From Macrostomum hystrix (Eukaryota; Animalia; Platyhelminthes), in NCBI GenBank assembly GCA_950097015.1, contig CATNEN010000038.1:30380001-30444000 (forward strand): 64,000 nt of DNA, written 5' to 3'. Both the position numbers and the translations under genes were made by a program. Positions 36,801 to 47,554 of the stretch are shown here, piece by piece (position 1 is the first letter of the stretch; the number at the start of each line of letters is the position of its first letter). Under the pieces are notes generated by a model that did not search any database, was not told the origin of the DNA, and saw only the letters and a list, made by a program, of their open reading frames with translations.

Positions 36801-39800
36801 TCATCGTCAGGCAGTGCACACTCTTACATTTCCTTGGAGTTTTTTTTATTTTAAGACCCAAATAAATGTGGCCTCTGCCGATCTGAGTTCAGGGAACAGA
36901 GAGCGAGAGGCAAACTCGTTGCCCAGTACCCACCGGAGTTAGAATTTCGGGGTCATTAAATTGAAATGCACTTTACTGCTGGGTTAAAAAATTCGCTAAC
37001 TGTGCTAGATTTCATTAATATAACATATGGCAAAAGCGAAAATCTATATTGTTACATATGCCTATACTACTACTTAGGAGTAGCGTATCAGTAGTATATG
37101 TAGTATATACTTTTTTAAACGTTTATCTAAAAGGCTAATCATTTTTTTATTTTCAGAAATCGACGAATTGGGCTCTGATGTAAGTGAATGTTTTTAGTTA
37201 TTTTGCTAAGATTCTGTAGGTTTTTAAAATCCAATTTAATCAAACTCAATATATCACTTTCTTCTTCGCAATCGGTTGATTGATAGAACTCGGAGGTGAG
37301 TTATCGTCGAAGCACTAGGCCTAGGCCTTAGTTATTTGTTTAAGCTACTGGCTGTAGGATAAAAAGTTTCTGCGGTGCCATATTTGCATAGGCTGATATT
37401 TAATCAAGTAGATTAACTGGTGATTGATATAATGCCTGGATTCGGCCGTTGGTGGAGTGAAATGTTGACTCTTTTATGGCATTTTATTTCTACAGTTTAT
37501 ATTTTTAATTTAATCGGTGATTAACGTTTAAATTATTTGCGTCCTAAACTATTTTTTAGAAGTCAATACGATGTGTGAATAAAAACGTGTGACAAGAGAG
37601 TGGGTGGAAAGAGTTGTGAAAGTGGGAGAGGGTGAAGGTGGGTGGGGGAGGGTGAGAGTGGTTGGTGGAGGGTTGGAGTGAGTGGGAGAGGGTGAGAGTA
37701 AGTGACAGAGGGTGAGTGGGAGAGGGTGAGGGTGAAGTGGGAGAGGGTGAGTGGGAGAGGATGAGGGTGAGAGTGAGTGGGTGAGGGTGAGAGTGAGTGG
37801 GTGAGGGTGAGAGTGAGTGGGAGAGGGTGCGAGTGAGTAGGAGAGGGTGAGAGTAGGAGTTTTAGTTAGTGGCAGTGAGATCTATGTGTTGGGGTGAGAG
37901 TAAGAGAAAAATGTTGCGAGTGACAAGAGGGGGTGAGAACTAAAGGAAGAAATTGAGAGGGTGAGATAGACTTGGAGGACGCACGAGAGTCAGATTGTGA
38001 GCACGATAAGAAGTGTAAGTAAAGCAGAGCAGGTTTCTAATTTCCTTACATTTATGGGCTAGATACTATTAAATGAGATATCTAATAAAATTTTCACACT
38101 CATACAATTTTGCACCGGACCCGCCGTTGATCACCTGTAGCTGAAATTGCAGTTTGGTGTTTCTTCCGGCTTTAGCTGAAAGACCTGGCCTACAGGGCTT
38201 ATTAGTTGTAATTAGTCAAGCGAGCAGCATTAACTAACTCGCTGATGAAAACTGTTGAACACATTAGCAACCCATCCAGCTATCATCGACCCAAGAAGAC
38301 AGCCAAAAAGATGCGAAGCCCCTGCAGCTATTTAGTCATTTCTCTCATCTCAATGGGGAGGGGCGTTCTGTGTCATTCCGTGGAGCATAATTTGATTTGT
38401 CGAGTCTATTATCCGGTTCTCAAGTCTTCCTTAGTTTTAGTCTCGGAAATATTCAGCTGGTGTCCAGTTTCTCCTGAATAAAATCTAATAAAAAATAGCT
38501 GGCGCCAGCGAGTCTGTGCTTTCGCTCCATTTAATTAAATAAGGCAAGGCATTTTCAAGGTTTGTGAGTGTGTGTTTTTTAGCTGTCAGAATATATACTG
38601 GTAATACGAGTACATAATCCAATCATTAATTACTAGTTCGTTGGTATTTTTCTGGCTGTCCACTGCTACAGCAACGAATAAGGGTAGCATCGAATTTTTT
38701 AACGAGAGTACGTGAGTTCCAAATTCAGACTTAGGTAAAAGATTTGCATCCGATAGAACAATACACCTAATTCCATAGTGCTTCAGTTCACCTAGCTATA
38801 AAATATGAAGGATTATGGGGTTCGCTTTGATTGCTTTATTACTATGAATCTATATTTATTATCAATCAGTTGAATGGCGGTACAAGTGTAGAATACAGAA
38901 TAACATAATTATCATCAAAGGCACTGCCTGATTGTGTAGGTAGGCACTCCACTTACGCCACTCTTGGTTTAGTGCCTCCTCATCATCATCTATGGAATCG
39001 AATTCTCTTCTTCTCCTGCTCATTCGTTTCTGCTCTTATCCGCTGTTTTTTTCCCTTTCTCGGAAAGTAAGGCAACGGGTAGACTCAAGAAGTAGGAATT
39101 CAATCATCTTACTGATTTAGTATTCTCTCGTCTTCTTACTGTCTAAATGAGATGAGTTGCTTGGTGTTTGTATCACCGCCTTTCTTGTTGCTGATTTTTG
39201 TATATACTCGTGTTTGCTAGTTTTTTAATGATTGTACTTTTATAATAAAAACTTGTAAGTCTTATAAGAACTACAAGTTTGGGAATAAACTAATTTTTAG
39301 CGCGCTGATTAAATTATGCTAGTTTGTACATTAAGTAATTGGTAGAAAAACTTTAGCAAAGTTGGACAGTTTTGTCCCACAGTGAAAGAACTTAATGGAC
39401 TTGCATTTTAGACTAGGGTTTTTTACGTATATTATTATTTGGGGCACGCAAGGTTATGTAAACCTATAGCAACACACTTGGTTATGTAAAACACTTCAGG
39501 TCCAAATGATGCAGTGTAGCCAAATTACATTGTCACAATTGCAAATCCCTTCAGGACGGTGAAATTGAAGCCCTGCTGCAGTCGGATTTTGAAATCGGTC
39601 ACTTCCTGCGTGAACGCGTTGTACCTCGAGCTGTTCTGTACTTCACTGGCGAAGGACTCGAAGATGATGACGTGAGTGTTTATATTTTTATTTCCTCCAT
39701 TTGAGTTGAACCAAATCTTTCATTTTTTTTGTTAATAATCAGATTGAAAAAAAACAGATTAAGGATTAAACTAATACTGCTTCCTACTGTTTAATATAAT

Positions 39801-42800
39801 AGTTTACTGAAAATCTAAATCCTAATCTGATAATGCTGTAGCTAAATGCAGACATTTTTGTGCAAGCAAAAATGCAAATTCCTACACTGAAAACACACTC
39901 GAAGGAATAAAAAACGCTTTGAAAATGCTGACCGATCTACCAACCCTGCCCGATTAGTAACGTCTGACTGACTTTTATCAGCCCATCTCACACTTTTACA
40001 CTCAAATCTGCAGTGCCTGTTCTCCATAATCCTAGGGATATTTTTTCTTGCTTTATAAGCCATCAGGACTGCCCCTCCCATTTTTAGCATGGTTCATTTT
40101 CTAATGCTTCTCTGTTCGCTGTCGCGTCGGTTACCTCGTTTCCCTCCGTTCCAGCCGTCACTTACTCTCACTTGCCCTCCCGAGATCCCTTATCCGGCTT
40201 AGCCAGTCCTCACCGCTCCCCTCCAATCTGCAAGCACCCGTCCTCTCCGTTGCTTTCGCTAATTCTGTTTCTCGAACCACCTCACGACCCCAAGCCAGGC
40301 TTAATACTCTCGCACACTGCCTGCAGTTTCGCTTTTTTCTCTATCTACTCACTATTTCTGACTGACCGACTGACTCTCGGCTTGTGAGGCTTTTTATATG
40401 AAAGTAATTTTCAAGACGTCGACTTCCTGCTTAATCATCATTATCAAATAGCCGGTGATAAATGACCTAGATCAACAGCCAAGTTTCTTCTGTAGATATG
40501 CAACTGTCTTGTCGGCATCGGTTCTATCTACTTCAAGGTTTATTATCGTATACTGCTGCATCCGGTCTACTGCTGCACTTCTTGGCTCATGTCAGCCATG
40601 TCTCAACCCTTGCATCTGATTGTCCCGTGCACAAAACCGAGCTTCGGCTGGGCGCCATATTCGGTCCCGGCATTGAAGAATTGCGAAAAAGAAACGCGCT
40701 TCACTTCGCCTTGGCCAGCATGCGTAAGCGTCACTCGGCTGACAATGCGTCAATTTTCTGTCGCTCTGATCTGCAACCGATTGCCACCATGCTAGCTGAA
40801 GGCGAAGACAGCTTCCAGGCCAGCCAGGCTGTCTGTCGCATGCTGGAAAGCGGCGCCCTGGCCTTAATAGGGCCGCATCATTCCTGCGCAACCAGCGAGT
40901 ACTTCGCTTCCATAGCAACGGCGACGCAGACGCCGCAGTTAGATCTTCGACCGATGATATCCGCACTGGAGCCATCATCGTCCACGAGCTTTGTGCTTCA
41001 TTTGTATCCGTCGCTTGACCATATCAGTCTCAGTGTTATATCGGCTATCGACTATTTCAAATGGCAAGATGTTTTAATTGTGTACGAAAATGATGAGAGC
41101 CTGTTCAGATTAGAGAGCATCTTGCGCAATCGGCACGAAACCAGAGCGCTTTACTTTCGCATCAAACGCTACATTGCCAGTCAGGTCTATAATCTACTGT
41201 CGGATATCGACTCATCTGGTTGGTGTACAATCGTTGTCGACTTAAGTCTAGATGCAACTGCTCATTTTCTTCGCGCCGCTACTAATCGCGGCCTAATGAA
41301 TCGCCGCTATCACTACATATTGGCTAACCTGGACGCGTTGACTCTTAACCTAGAAGACTATAGGCATAATCATGTCAACTTGACAGCCTTTCGTTTAGTA
41401 CCTGGTAACTGGACGCACTACAACTCCGTGTTGGCAGAAATGCACGACTGGAGCGCAAAGCAGCGGTTAGGCAATCTTAATAGCGATTTATTAACACCGG
41501 ATGGACACTTGACGCTTGGCGCAGCTCTTACATACGATGCTGTGCAGGTACTAGCCAGCGCTCTGGCTAGCCTCAGTCTTAGTCGGCACATCAAGCCGCC
41601 GCGCGGTCCAAGCTGCGATGCGATTCTGTCATCCAATGGCTCTGTCAGCGAGTCTAGTAGAGCATTGAGTTCGCCGTTTGGTGGCAGCCTGATGAACTAC
41701 TTGCACTCTGTAGATCTAAAGAATGGTCTCACTGGTAGATTAAGATTCAACGGTAAAAGGATCAGACAGTCTGTTAGCTTAGACCTCTACCATCTAAAGG
41801 TCAGTGGTCCGACACATTTTGCTAACTGGAATCCCAGGCGCGGATTGCACGTGTTCAGTGATCCGTACGATTTAGCGGTTGTGTATCCACTTAAGAATAA
41901 AGTTCTGAAAGTGGTAGCACTTGCTGCTCAACCTTTTATCTGGGTCAAGCGCGAGTATCATAATCGCTACTTGGAAAACAGCAAAATTAAATCGGATGTA
42001 GAATTTCAGCGGCAACACTTAGAAGGCTTTTGCATCGACATGATGGAATTGATTGCCAATCGTACAGGAATGGACTGGGAAATCTATCGCTCACCTAATG
42101 ACACTTATGGCACTTGTGTGGAGGTGCCCTGCGACGTAAATAAGCTTCAGCAGCAATTAGCAGACTCGAGCAATCAGGTTTTAGCGTCGACAATCGCAGA
42201 GGATAGAAAATGCCCTTGCGAATGGAACGGCATGGTTCGAGAACTAATCGATGGCAGAGCAGACATCGCCCTAGGCTCCTTTACCATCACTTACGAACGC
42301 GAGAAGGCTATCGACTTCACAAAGCCTTTTATGAACCTAGGCATTAGCATCTTATTTAAGAAGCCGAAAGGTGAGAAGCCCGGCCTATTTAGTTTTCTCA
42401 ATCCCTTAGCTGTTGAGATTTGGCTGTACGTCGTGGCGGCTTATCTCCTAGTAACGCTAATGATTTATGCCTTAGCGCGATTCTCGCCATACGAATGGGT
42501 CTCGCCGCATCCCTGCGACGAAGACATTGGCTACTTAGTGAACAGCTTCTCACTGTCGAATTCCTTCTGGTTCACAGTTGGCACACTAATGCAGCAAGGC
42601 TCTAATATTAATCCGCGAGCTGTTAGCACTAGAATAGTAGCCGGTATCTGGTGGTTCTTCACACTGATTATTATCAGTTCTTACACGGCTAATTTGGCAG
42701 CCTTTCTCACGGTTGAGCGCATGGTCTCTCCAATAGAGAGTGCCGATGATTTGTCGAAGCAGACGGCCATAGACTATGGTGTGCTAGCCGGAGGATCGAC

Positions 42801-45800
42801 CGAGACATTTTTTGAAACTTCGCACATTGAAACCTACGCCAAGATGGCAAAATTCATGAAGACTAGAAAAGACTTAAAAACGGCTACAACGGAGGAAGGG
42901 ATCGAGCGAGTTAAGCAGGGTGGTTATGCCTTCCTCATGGAATCAGCTATGATAGAATATCACATTGAACGCCAGTGTAATCTAGTTCAAATTGGTGGTT
43001 TGATTGATAGCAAAGGCTACGGCATCGGAGTCCAGCCAAACCGTGAGGAGCTTCGCGATGAGTTAACACTGAAAATTCTGGAACTGCAACGTGATCAACA
43101 ATTGCAGGCACTAAAAAACAAATGGTGGAAAGAGACTGGCAAATGTCGCGGCAAAGATCCACAGGAGTCTACCGCTTCGGCGCTGGGCATGCACAATGTT
43201 GGCGGAATTTTTGTTGTCCTTGTATGCGGCCTGCTCTTAGCAATCTGCGTTGCCGTTGTTGAATTTGTTTGGAACACGCGAAAAAATGCCGAAGCCGCAG
43301 CCGATGAAGGTCGCTCCCTTTGGTCAGAGATGTCTAGCGAACTGCGCTTTTCACTTAACTGCTACGGTTCTTCGCGTCGAAGGCGCCGTCGACGCCGACG
43401 AGGCCAGACTGTCGATGCTACTGCAACAATCGGCGACGCTGCAGACGAAAATGACGAGGAAGAAGGCGATGACGAAGAATTCAGGCCTGCCATAGTTGGT
43501 GGTTTAGGTTCCGTCGAGTATGCTCGGCCTTCAGTGGAATATCAGCGTCAGTTGCGACGTAATGGTGGCAGTAGCGGAGGGAGGGGTGGCGCAGGCGGCA
43601 GCGTAAGGACTGTATTTTACTACAAAGAGACAGTAACATAATCAGCGATGTTGACGAGAACATCGTGTACATCGTGTCAGTGAAAACTCAAAAACATCTA
43701 TGGAAAATTAAGTATTGTTGTGAAGACCATCTAATTTGCTGTTGATTGTTTTTAAGCTTGCCTGAATTTCTTGTCAGTTTGTATAAAAGTCGTAATTGAC
43801 TGTCTTTTAAATAAAATATTAGTTGTTGTTACTCTTCTGTAGCAACGGACTCGGATTTAAATCGAGTCGTTTTTCACAGTTGCTCTTCGTATTTAAATAA
43901 TTATTAACATGCAGTTTTTCATTTCACTGTCGGTTAAACAGTAAGTCTTTGCTGCGACTTGAAAACTAAGGATTCAGTTTGCTATAATACATAAATGTTA
44001 TATGCACCTTTACTTCTTTAGCTACTGTAACCATGACCCTTATAGGTATTACAGTTGAATTAAAAATCTAGCACATGATTAGCATATTTAAAGCTGTAGC
44101 GTACTGCTTTTTGTGACAGTTTTTTGTAGATATTCGTTTTAACGCCCTTTTTTTTATATTTATAATACTAGTGCATTTCTGCGTCCTCTGCGATATTAGT
44201 GATTGTAAAAGTGCTGCTGGAAAATGATACACTTGAAAAAAGTACACAGCAGCATATTTTTCACTCCAATAAATTCTCTTCTTGACAAGTTCAAGCAAAG
44301 TTGAAAATGAAAGGATGAATACCTCAGTTGGATATGTTTCTCTGTACATGCGCTCTTGTGCTGTGCTTTGTTGCACTTTAAAAAAAACTTGCTTCCTGAG
44401 TCTAACAATAAACTTCTAGATTTATATTCTCCCTATTAAATTCTAAATTTTCCCCTCATTATCCCTATCATCTAACATCCTCATATTCCACACCATTCTG
44501 GGGTTCAACGTCTCTGATTTGTTAGATAAAGATTCTTGATTCCTAGATCGTTAGGTTGGAACAGACATTTTTCCCAGATCCTCAGTTTCGAACAGACATT
44601 CTTCCAGATCCTCAGGTTGGAACAGACATTTTCCCAGATCCTCAGGTAAGAACATACATTTTACCAGATCCTCAGGTAAAAACAGACGTTCTCCCAGATC
44701 CTTAGGTTAGAACAGGCTAAACTCTCCTCGAGTTAAAAAGGACGACTACAGAAATTTATAAAGTTCAGTTTTGACGTTTTTTCTGTGAAGTTTTTTCATT
44801 TGCTAAATAATCTGTTTAAAAATCTTATTTTTTCATTTCACTTTTCAGTACGAAGATGACGACGAAGAGGTGAGTTAACTCTGCACTGCCGTGTCTCTAC
44901 TCTACTCAATAACTTGCTCAGATTTTTCAGGCGCCTGCATTTCGGCCAAAGTTTAAATTGAATAGAAATTCAATAGTCCAATAGAAGGGAAACTAGGCAG
45001 AAGAAGACAGAGCGGAGGAGAAAATGAGTTCAGGAGATAGTAGACGGGAGTTTTTAAAAGACGCTCTCACGGCCTCTATTCAAATTTATCGATTTCAGCA
45101 GCAGCATTTCCACCAGCCTATGCACCCCACTATCCAGACCTAAACCCTGTCTGGCCCTCCTGTAGCTAGCTGAGAATGAAATATGGAGCACTTGGGTGGA
45201 AGGTGGATGATGATGAAGGGAGGAAAGAAAGGAGGGCATCGGGAAATAGGCACGACTCGGCGGGCCCTAGCGCGCATGCTGCAGAGTCACTTTCTCCTCC
45301 TTACCCACCCACTGCCTATTTCCCTTGGGTTTCTGCTTCATATATCCGAGTCTAGGGCGGTTGGGGTGGTCGGCTTTTGAGGCGGAATTCTGCCTAATGA
45401 AAATTTGATACAAAATTGCCCTGCCCCCATATTCACCTCCCCAGTTTCGACCGAGTCTATCTGTCTCTATGTGTATTTTTGTCTGTCTTTTTCTTCATAA
45501 ATTTTGCTGCCTAATCAGATTAATCAGGTTCATTGTTTTTTACCACTGCTGATTTTCAAATCGGAGTAAATTTGCTTACGCGCATTCGTTCTAGTTCAAT
45601 GCATGAATAATATTCCCCGTCTTACTCAAATCATAAGTCTTAAGAAAATTGGGTCACTCATGGCCATGACTCATCTTGGTCATTAGGTCAGCTTACTTGG
45701 TCATTGTCATTGGGTTAGCTACTACTTAACTGAATCATTGGATCAGCGTACTCATCTTAATAATTAGACCTCACATTTTGGTCTTTCGGTCAGTCAATAC

Positions 45801-46347
45801 TCCCGGTCCTAATGAAGACTATGTTTTCCTGCTGTGCTGTGTTATGACAAATATACATTTTTCTAAACTAGGGCGATGATGGGGACGAAGACGACATGGA
45901 GGAGGACGAAGATGAGCGTATGATTGTAAGTTAAAGCATTATAGTGACAGTGAGTGATTTATAGCTCTTGTATGTGCAGTTTAGTGGAGCCGTGGCCTAG
46001 TGGTTAGGGCGTCAGACTCAGGACTTAAAGGTCCATGGTTCGACTCCCGGACCGGGCGGCGACCTGTGTCCTTGAGCAAGGCACTTAACCACGTATTGCT
46101 CCAGTTCACCCAGCTGTGATTGGGTACCAGCGCAAGCTGGGGAATAGAAAGGGTGGAGTGGCGACCCCCCACAGTAACTCTGTGACAGCCGTACACAGTC
46201 TCGGATGCGCCGCGCACTCGCTGCGGCTGTGCCTTGACTGTACATCTGGCAAAAACTGGCTGCTTGCAGCCTGCCAGGTGTAGTTCTATTCTATTCTATT
46301 CTATGTGCAGTTTAACAACTATGTCAATTTTACAGCCTCGTCACTAA
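30858..46347 (+). CDS. NAP1: Nucleosome assembly protein 1 (NAP1/NAP1L1-like), multi-exon
   Basis: Exons 30858-30900 and 30996-31101 (or alternative 32064-32125), 35329-35575, 36171-36663, 37157-37179, 37287-37295, 39555-39671, 44849-44869, 45872-45925, 46336-46347; all GT-AG and phase-consistent. Motifs LPEPVKRRVRALKKLQ, GVPGFWLTAL, LEFHFTPNEYFSNSVLTK, SFFNFF, DFEIGHFLRERVVPRAVLYFTGE and an acidic tail. Confidence 0.93.
32257..32530. repeat. 23-bp minisatellite (NAP1 intron)
   Basis: About 11-12 copies of ccaaatcccaaaacttcaggatt, with degenerate copies beyond. Confidence 0.95.
33505..35240. repeat. 22-bp minisatellite, ~1.7 kb (NAP1 intron)
   Basis: ttcggcagtttctcattcatat / ttagattgtttctcattcatat variants; source of the spurious HISAVSHSY ORFs. 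Confidence 0.97.
35835..36150. repeat. ~21-bp minisatellite (NAP1 intron)
   Basis: agaactatagatccctaaact repeats ending just before the acceptor at 36170. Confidence 0.9.
36750..36925 (-). mobile_element. Highly degraded SINE family 1 copy
   Basis: ctgactcctgagc, actttctcatcgtcaggcagtgcacactct and aaatgtggcctc match the reverse complement of family 1. Confidence 0.6.
37615..37860. repeat. G/A-rich low-complexity repeat
   Basis: gagggtgagagtgagtggga units. Confidence 0.9.
40498..43641 (+). CDS. Ionotropic glutamate receptor, kainate-like, 1047 aa, intronless CDS nested in NAP1 intron
   Basis: Hydrophobic N-terminus, ATD (LRLGAIF, ALIGP, YDAVQV), S1 (EGFCID, WNGMVREL, TITYEREKAIDFTKPFMNLGISIL), pore MQQG, SYTANLAAFLT gate, S2 (GST, FLMES, IGGLIDSKGYGI), M4 VGGIFVVL. 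FSFLNPL..EIW and ARFSPYEW..PHPC are kainate/AMPA hallmarks. Confidence 0.97.
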   Translation: MQLSCRHRFYLLQGLLSYTAASGLLLHFLAHVSHVSTLASDCPVHKTELRLGAIFGPGIEELRKRNALHFALASMRKRHSADNASIFCRSDLQPIATMLAEGEDSFQASQAVCRMLESGALALIGPHHSCATSEYFASIATATQTPQLDLRPMISALEPSSSTSFVLHLYPSLDHISLSVISAIDYFKWQDVLIVYENDESLFRLESILRNRHETRALYFRIKRYIASQVYNLLSDIDSSGWCTIVVDLSLDATAHFLRAATNRGLMNRRYHYILANLDALTLNLEDYRHNHVNLTAFRLVPGNWTHYNSVLAEMHDWSAKQRLGNLNSDLLTPDGHLTLGAALTYDAVQVLASALASLSLSRHIKPPRGPSCDAILSSNGSVSESSRALSSPFGGSLMNYLHSVDLKNGLTGRLRFNGKRIRQSVSLDLYHLKVSGPTHFANWNPRRGLHVFSDPYDLAVVYPLKNKVLKVVALAAQPFIWVKREYHNRYLENSKIKSDVEFQRQHLEGFCIDMMELIANRTGMDWEIYRSPNDTYGTCVEVPCDVNKLQQQLADSSNQVLASTIAEDRKCPCEWNGMVRELIDGRADIALGSFTITYEREKAIDFTKPFMNLGISILFKKPKGEKPGLFSFLNPLAVEIWLYVVAAYLLVTLMIYALARFSPYEWVSPHPCDEDIGYLVNSFSLSNSFWFTVGTLMQQGSNINPRAVSTRIVAGIWWFFTLIIISSYTANLAAFLTVERMVSPIESADDLSKQTAIDYGVLAGGSTETFFETSHIETYAKMAKFMKTRKDLKTATTEEGIERVKQGGYAFLMESAMIEYHIERQCNLVQIGGLIDSKGYGIGVQPNREELRDELTLKILELQRDQQLQALKNKWWKETGKCRGKDPQESTASALGMHNVGGIFVVLVCGLLLAICVAVVEFVWNTRKNAEAAADEGRSLWSEMSSELRFSLNCYGSSRRRRRRRRRGQTVDATATIGDAADENDEEEGDDEEFRPAIVGGLGSVEYARPSVEYQRQLRRNGGSSGGRGGAGGSVRTVFYYKETVT
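44540..44715. repeat. ~30-bp minisatellite
   Basis: cagatcctcaggttggaacagacattttcc, about 6 copies. Confidence 0.88.
45984..46301 (+). mobile_element. CORE-SINE (family 2 subfamily) with 13-bp TSD
   Basis: tggcctagtgg A box, ggttcgactcc B box, CORE gtgtccttgagcaaggcacttaac...cacccagctgtgattgggtacc, (TTCTA)n tail; TSD tatgtgcagttta at 45971-45983 and 46302-46314. Confidence 0.93.
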
Positions 46348-47554
46348 ACTAGACAAGACCTTATCGAACTCAAAATCGTCTGCCTCTTTATTGCCGTAAG
46401 TTTTTTATACTTCTTACCTACATTTTTTGACAATAGTGTATCCGGTGCATTTCGACTTTATTTAAAAAACGTATTCATTTTTTCACTTTTAGGCGCCTTT
46501 AATTAGCTACCAGAGCATAAAGACGACGCTGGAAACTATTAAATGCTATATTTTAACTTTTACAAGCCTTCAGTCAGCTAATTGCTAGCTCCAACGTATG
46601 CGTTTGGTCTCTTGGTCCGATTTTTTTGTTTCTTTCTATGCAGATATATCCTACTCATAGTAGACGTTTGCACACAGCTAATTATATTTATATTAAGCGT
46701 AAACAGCAAAGTACAGGACCATCATCATAAATAATATTTACTTTCTTCTTTGGTCCGTAGCTTGGCTTATTCAGATGTTTACTAAATTCTTAAATTGTAT
46801 TCAGTTCAGAACTAGACGTCCGCGTGTATTATTTGGTATACATCTCCGTTTTCTTGTGTTTTGCATCAAGCAGCAACATTACTAATATAACTTAACCTGC
46901 CTTTAGTCCATCATTTTACTCATTTCAACCTTGAAAAATTGCTATTGTTGAAAAACTCGTAATTCTAAAACCAAAAACTTAACCTGTCACCCATGTCATC
47001 TCTAACTACTTGTTAGTAGCAAGTAATGAATGGTGTTCATCAGCTTAAATATACTGTTTGTATTTCTTTTTCACTTAATTACCTTTATACAGGGGCGGAC
47101 CGAGAGGGCCAAGGGGGGCCATGCCCCCCAGCTCTGCCAAAAAAACACACAAAGTACATGTACAACATTGGGGCAATCCAATTCTGGCCTGACCAGATGT
47201 GAGGCTTGCCCCCTTGACCCTCCCTTTATATACAAGTGGAATTTAATAATTGTCGCTTTCAATATTTCAAAATATCTAATATTACCTTTGTTACAATCAA
47301 TAACAAAAATAAATTGTTCTGGACTTGTTTTAAAAAAAATATTTATTTATATAACTTATGCAAAACTAAATCTCAATTTAATGCTTTCTGTTTTATATTT
47401 TTTTAGTAATTTAACCATCAGTAGTTTAAAAACAATATAACCATTTCCATGTCTGTTTTTACACAACTTGGTTTAAAATACACAACCAAAGTCTGAAAGT
47501 TTAAACTAAGAAAAAAATTATATCAACATGTTTTGAATCCAGACTTTTAATTAG

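Noticed and set aside
45984-46060. Free-standing tRNA genes here and at 1820, 9410, 15865 and 20205
   Set aside because: A/B boxes run into SINE bodies with tails and TSDs; they are SINE heads.
47090-47230. hAT-like MITE end (caggggcgga...)
   Set aside because: The matching terminus is poor and no TSD was found.
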